In this document: piece after piece, positions 36,191 to 39,810 of the stretch
Layout: each line of letters begins with the position of its first letter
Numbering within the stretch: the first letter of the stretch is position 1
Virus record (IMG/VR): IMGVR_UViG_3300008255_000231
Span: 1 to 39,810 of that record
Origin: a virus
Lineage: Duplodnaviria > Caudoviricetes
Length of the DNA: 39,810 nucleotides
Reading direction: 5' to 3' (one strand)
Position numbers and translations under genes: made by a program
Notes under the pieces: model-generated
The model's input: the letters and a program-made list of their open reading frames with translations, nothing else
Database searches by the model: none
Told to the model about the DNA's origin: nothing

Positions 36191-36321
36191 TAAGGTTAGG
36201 AAGGTGTTTAAAAGTTGAATTATATTAATGGGTTACAAGATTAGGTGGTTCCTGAACAATTCCGCGGGGTTAACTAGTGCTCTACAGCTACCATCTTAAA
36301 GCGGTTTGTGGTATATATATA

Positions 36322-36418
36322 TAGATAGGCCTTCGAGAACGATACGACTGGCCGGTAGGGTCCCCCAAAGGACCCGGTTAGGCCACAAAGTATCGTGAAC
36401 GACAAGGCCGTATGTCTA
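36322..36418. other. Long imperfect hairpin (ncRNA or origin element)
   Basis: Nested stems TAGATA/TGTCTA, GGCCTT/AAGGCC, ACGATAC/GTATCGT, TGGCC/GGCCA, GGGTCC/GGACCC. Confidence 0.7.
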
Positions 36419-36598
36419 CAACAGGCTTTTGTGTGGGTAGCATTTGATAACTGCGTTTGTTCGAGGAAAAAATCCTGTGCTACCTACATCACCCTACATG
36501 AGTAATATCATACACTTGGAGCTCTACATCAGCTTACAAGTGTAACACATTCATTACAATTGGGTAGTAATCCGGTCTGTGCTAGCCTTTCCTTTAAC

Positions 36599-36629
36599 CC
36601 TTGCCGCGGTCTTTGAGGACCGCTAACGG
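36599..36629 (+). repeat. 31-bp hairpin repeat, copy 2
   Basis: Identical to 379-409. Confidence 0.9.
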
Positions 36630-36677
36630 GTGTCGGAAAGCCAAGCAGACCTTACAGATTTTATCATATTATAGAAT

Positions 36678-37193
36678 ATGGAATACATAAGCCAAGCTAA
36701 AAAGCATAACCCAGTTAGCTACACGATGCACCTGACCTCGGCAGAGCTTAGTGCCCTTATGGACCTACCACAGCCGGTGGAATACGTAAAGTTCTTGCGT
36801 GCTTGCTTGGTTGGGCGTATACCTAAAGATATCTGGGACCAGCCGTCACATGGGCGGATTGAGCTTACGCAGGAGCAAGGGTTAGCCTGGGTGCGGTGCG
36901 TGGAAAGAAGTGTAACCTACTTTGGGGAAGCGTTCCCGGGTGCCGGTGGACGGCTACACGATGGTGTTCCAGCAATTCCCGACCAACCGTACTTCCTTGG
37001 GGATAAGCTAGCCGACCTATACCAGTGCGTGGAGCTGGAAGAGCCCGAAATTCCTTACGTAATAAAAAATCGTCGCATGGTACGAAATTACGGATTAAAT
37101 TACTATGATGTTTGTGATACTTGTGGTAGCATCACAAATGCGGGGAAGGCAGAGATAATAGCAAGAGATAGGTGTACTTGTGTTCCTAGCTGA
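36678..37193 (+). CDS. Hypothetical protein with C-terminal Cys motifs
   Basis: 171-aa ORF, CDTC...CTC, no clear RBS. Confidence 0.7.
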   Translation: MEYISQAKKHNPVSYTMHLTSAELSALMDLPQPVEYVKFLRACLVGRIPKDIWDQPSHGRIELTQEQGLAWVRCVERSVTYFGEAFPGAGGRLHDGVPAIPDQPYFLGDKLADLYQCVELEEPEIPYVIKNRRMVRNYGLNYYDVCDTCGSITNAGKAEIIARDRCTCVPS

Positions 37194-37317
37194 TAATGGA
37201 GTGGTAAATATGACGCTAAGCGTAAAGCATCGAGGCGTAGAGCACTCCCTAGCATCAAGAAATGACGTTTACCGAAAATGGTGTGTGCGGCCTGACATTT
37301 GGCGGTCAGCTAGGGAC
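37182..37317 (+). ncRNA. Candidate structured ncRNA
   Basis: 12-bp closing stem GTTCCTAGCTGA/TCAGCTAGGGAC; inner GGAGTG/CACTCC. Confidence 0.45.
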
Positions 37318-37323
37318 TTTTAT

Positions 37324-37395
37324 TGCAGGGTAGTGAAGTGGCATCACGCGAGGTTCATACCCTCGAGGTCGCAGGTTCGATTCCTGCCCCTGCTA
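37324..37395 (+). tRNA. tRNA-Met(CAT), initiator-like, CCA not encoded
   Basis: TGCAGGG/CCCTGCT acceptor with 1:72 mismatch, GTGA/TCAC D stem, CGAGG-TTCATAC-CCTCG, GCAGG-TTCGATT-CCTGC. Confidence 0.92.
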
Positions 37396-37463
37396 CGATA
37401 GACGACCTTTAGGTGCGCTCGACCGGTTGGTAAGCTCCGGTACAAAGCCTACATTAGCTTTTT

Positions 37464-37598
37464 GGTTGCAGTAGTCCAAAAGCCTGGCTCCAAAAGCCTG
37501 CTCGGGGTGGTAGCGCTCAAACGCCACGAGTAATAGGCGCGGTAGAGACGGGGGAGCATAATCCCTTCGTGCTGGTTCGAACCCAGCCTGCAGCCCCA
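37464..37598 (+). ncRNA. tRNA-like RNA with a 61-nt D-loop insertion and 6-nt anticodon loop
   Basis: GGTTGCAG/CTGCAGCC-CCA acceptor, GTC/GAC D stem, GGGGA-GCATAA-TCCCT, GCTGG-TTCGAAC-CCAGC. Confidence 0.75.
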
Positions 37599-37609
37599 AA
37601 GGTGATTTC

Positions 37610-38074
37610 ATGAACGACCAGACGTGCAATGTGTGCGGCGTGAATACGTACTCCAATGATTACCCCGTGTGCTCAAGCTGCATAGAAGCAGGCAACGAGT
37701 GTGATTGTCGGGAAGTGTATGATGCCGATAGCCGCACGATAACGGATTGGGATGGCGGCAACACACCCGAAGCGATTGACCAGCAGATAGCGTGGCTTGA
37801 GGGCCTAATAAAGGAGCGCAGTATGAAACAGATAACAGTCGGCGATAAGGTCATAGAGTACGATGGGGATAAATACGAAGCCGTAGAGGGAACCGAAACG
37901 GGACCAAGTGTACTATTCGGAACTGACCGAGAGATCTACATAGCGCAGCACGCTAAGGATTTCATGAAACCGGTGTACCTCGGAGAGCGGACTAGCACAC
38001 TAGGGCTAATCGTGGTGAAGTACCACGTGTTCCTAATGCGCCATGCTGATATCGCGGCGATTCAGGCGAAGTAA
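37610..38074 (+). CDS. Hypothetical protein with N-terminal Zn finger
   Basis: CNVC..CSSC; AAGGTGA RBS. Confidence 0.7.
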   Translation: MNDQTCNVCGVNTYSNDYPVCSSCIEAGNECDCREVYDADSRTITDWDGGNTPEAIDQQIAWLEGLIKERSMKQITVGDKVIEYDGDKYEAVEGTETGPSVLFGTDREIYIAQHAKDFMKPVYLGERTSTLGLIVVKYHVFLMRHADIAAIQAK

Positions 38075-38352
38075 TGCGCTGGAGTAATTCAAGTCCTAAG
38101 TCGTCATCCTTTCCAGACAGCAGTCTTAAGAACCACCGGCACTGTGACCTGTGCGAGGAACCATATGACGAGATCGACGTGTGCGATGCATGCGCAGTAA
38201 CGTGTTGTGACAAGTGCAAGCTACTTGATGAGCCAGTCGATCTTTGGCTGGAGGGCTGGAACGCTGCCGTCGAGGTAGAGCGGCACAGTGGGCAGCTGAT
38301 CTGGTATACCGAGGAGCAGCGCGAGGCCGTGCGGGGGTTATATAAGAAATGA
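38074..38352 (+). CDS. Zinc-finger protein
   Basis: CDLC..CDAC..CCDKC; TAATG coupling. Confidence 0.7.
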   Translation: MRWSNSSPKSSSFPDSSLKNHRHCDLCEEPYDEIDVCDACAVTCCDKCKLLDEPVDLWLEGWNAAVEVERHSGQLIWYTEEQREAVRGLYKK

Positions 38353-38672
38353 AGCCTAAAGGTCTCGAGGGATACTATACAATTGCACAAGGGCCGCGAC
38401 CGCCCGAATCGGAAGCGACTAAGCTTCAAGAGATCGTAGACTTCAAGGCCGCGCACAAGCGCTTCACAGAGGCGCCACCTGAGTATGTGTGGGTGGACGT
38501 AGGGAATTTCAAGCTAGAGGGTTACGGTATAACTATACCAGGAGAGCTTAGCTTCCGTGTAGGTGATTACTTCCTACTCAACCACAGATATTGGCGCATA
38601 TGCCAGCTCGATGTTACCCGTGTGTATTTAGAGAGGTTGTCCGAAGATGAGCACAGGAGTCTGGTAAGGTGA
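38349..38672 (+). CDS. Hypothetical protein
   Basis: ATGA coupling; N-terminus similar to the next gene. Confidence 0.7.
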   Translation: MKPKGLEGYYTIAQGPRPPESEATKLQEIVDFKAAHKRFTEAPPEYVWVDVGNFKLEGYGITIPGELSFRVGDYFLLNHRYWRICQLDVTRVYLERLSEDEHRSLVR

Positions 38673-39214
38673 AGCCCGCTGGTCTCGATGGCTATTATAC
38701 ACTTGCACAGTGGGACGTGATATACGATAAGCTAGTGGCGCAACTGGAAGAAGAGCAGAGGAAATGGCCAAGTAACACAAAACAACCTATAGATGCTGAA
38801 ACGCCGCATGCTAGCCAATCCCTAGCAGAGGCGTTTAGGAAGTTGGAAGAGGCATGGGAGCACCAGAGGCTGCTCGAAGAGCAACAAGCGCGCCTTCGGG
38901 GTTCGCCAGTCCCCAAGCCGTACAGCAAAGCAGAGCTACTGCATGACCGCATCCATCCTACTAGCGGGCGGCTCTTGGGCGTGACTCAAGCAGATCCAGT
39001 GGTGAAAGATATTCGTAAGGGCTGGAAACCGCACACCGCAGCGGAGATGCTCGGAACTAAGCTCGGCCTGCGCGTCGGTAACACTTGGGCCAACGAGGAG
39101 AAGCTTAAGGATATAGCTTGGTGGTTCTACAGTGCACGGAGCTACGGCGAAGAGTACAACCGGCTATTTGATGACTTCGAGCGGGCTTGGGCCGAATGGC
39201 GAGACAAGGACTAG
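38669..39214 (+). CDS. Hypothetical protein
   Basis: GTGA coupling; coiled-coil segments. Confidence 0.7.
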   Translation: MKPAGLDGYYTLAQWDVIYDKLVAQLEEEQRKWPSNTKQPIDAETPHASQSLAEAFRKLEEAWEHQRLLEEQQARLRGSPVPKPYSKAELLHDRIHPTSGRLLGVTQADPVVKDIRKGWKPHTAAEMLGTKLGLRVGNTWANEEKLKDIAWWFYSARSYGEEYNRLFDDFERAWAEWRDKD

Positions 39215-39218
39215 CATC

Positions 39219-39491
39219 ATGAAACGGGCAGGTATTAGGATGTGTATAGACGTCATCAGGCAGTACGGCTGGGCTGTGTTCACGTCCATTGACGCGCTGA
39301 AACGGTGTATGTTAGATCACCTACCATCCTGTACCAGCGAGGTAGTTGAGCACGACACGGCCTGTGATGGGTCGGTGGTCATATGTTGCCCCGGGTGTGG
39401 ACAGACCCTGCGTGCGGCACCTACACCACTGGGTGGTTACAGACCAGTCGGATGGCCCCCCATCGACGTCTCCACAGCAGGGGCCGAATAG
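39219..39491 (+). CDS. Hypothetical protein with CPGC motif
   Basis: ORF track 39132-39491; AAGGA RBS before ATG 39219. Confidence 0.55.
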   Translation: MKRAGIRMCIDVIRQYGWAVFTSIDALKRCMLDHLPSCTSEVVEHDTACDGSVVICCPGCGQTLRAAPTPLGGYRPVGWPPIDVSTAGAE

Positions 39492-39506
39492 ATGATAAGG
39501 AGTAAA

Positions 39507-39647
39507 ATGGACCTAAAGGAGTTGTATCTAATTGCACAGAAGTTCTTTCACAAAGGCGTAGACGTAACCTCCGATGACCCGGATTGGTATTTCCGTATGG
39601 AATGGCTGAAGTTCGAGAAAGCTTATTTAGCAGAGCGGTCCAAATGA
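39507..39647 (+). CDS. 46-aa hypothetical protein (MDLKELYLIAQK...)
   Basis: Manual translation; TAAGGAG RBS. Confidence 0.65.
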   Translation: MDLKELYLIAQKFFHKGVDVTSDDPDWYFRMEWLKFEKAYLAERSK

Positions 39648-39750
39648 CAGCCCCCGAGTACGACAGCCAACGCGCGTCCGCTGTTTGGTGTACCGGCGGC
39701 TTAAGGTGAGGTGTCGGCGCTTACGTGTAAAGCTAGGCGTCTAAAATTTG

Positions 39751-39782
39751 TACACGCACGATAGTGCGCAATTTTGCGTGTA
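39751..39782. other. Inverted repeat after the last rightward gene
   Basis: TACACGCA ... TGCGTGTA. Confidence 0.5.
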
Positions 39783-39810
39783 AATTACCCAGCAAATGCA
39801 GAATAGTTAG

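Noticed and set aside
37182-37317. Hammerhead ribozyme reading (CTGATAA...GAAA...GTC)
   Set aside because: The core needs CUGANGA, and GAAA and GUC are not adjacent to the required stems.
37396-37463. HDV-like (theta) ribozyme after the tRNA
   Set aside because: Only ~7 nt separate the putative P2 and P4 stems, too few for P3/L3/P1.
37180-37656. ORFs 37180-37401 (+) and 37393-37656 (-)
   Set aside because: They overlap the tRNA and tRNA-like genes and show no protein features.
1-39810. Stop-codon reassignment, terminal repeats or lysogeny module
   Set aside because: Core genes are intact in the standard code, no suppressor anticodon is present, the ends share no repeat, and no integrase or repressor motifs are seen.

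Overview
The window looks like a near-complete, probably circularly permuted ~39.8 kb lytic podovirus-type dsDNA phage genome. No integrase, CRISPR array or terminal repeat is visible. A rightward late arm (4230-24815) encodes a GNAT, large terminase, portal, scaffold, major capsid, adaptor, tail fibre, nozzle, three ejection proteins, holin/spanin-like genes, a matrixin-type protease and a probable tail protein. A leftward arm (36154-24812) encodes a sigma70 region-4 HTH protein, M23 endolysin, Cas4-like nuclease, ERF recombinase, probable SSB, DnaB-like helicase, RusA-like resolvase, DUF3310-like protein, phosphoesterase, family A DNA polymerase, MazG and a C39-like peptidase. Small-gene operons converge on the non-coding end junction. 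The Cys-rich sigma-region-4 protein and sigma54-like promoters hint at a Myxococcota-like Gram-negative host (inference). The most unusual region is an RNA cluster at 37182-37598. It holds a 136-nt closed structured element, an atypical initiator-like tRNA(CAU), and a tRNA-like RNA with an intact core, encoded CCA, G-1:C73, a 6-nt anticodon loop and a 61-nt structured insertion in its D-loop. Also notable are divergent sigma54-type promoters each overlaid by a palindrome, apparently leaderless first genes, and repeats shared between two non-coding control regions. All calls come from manual motif reading; no searches or folding programs were run.
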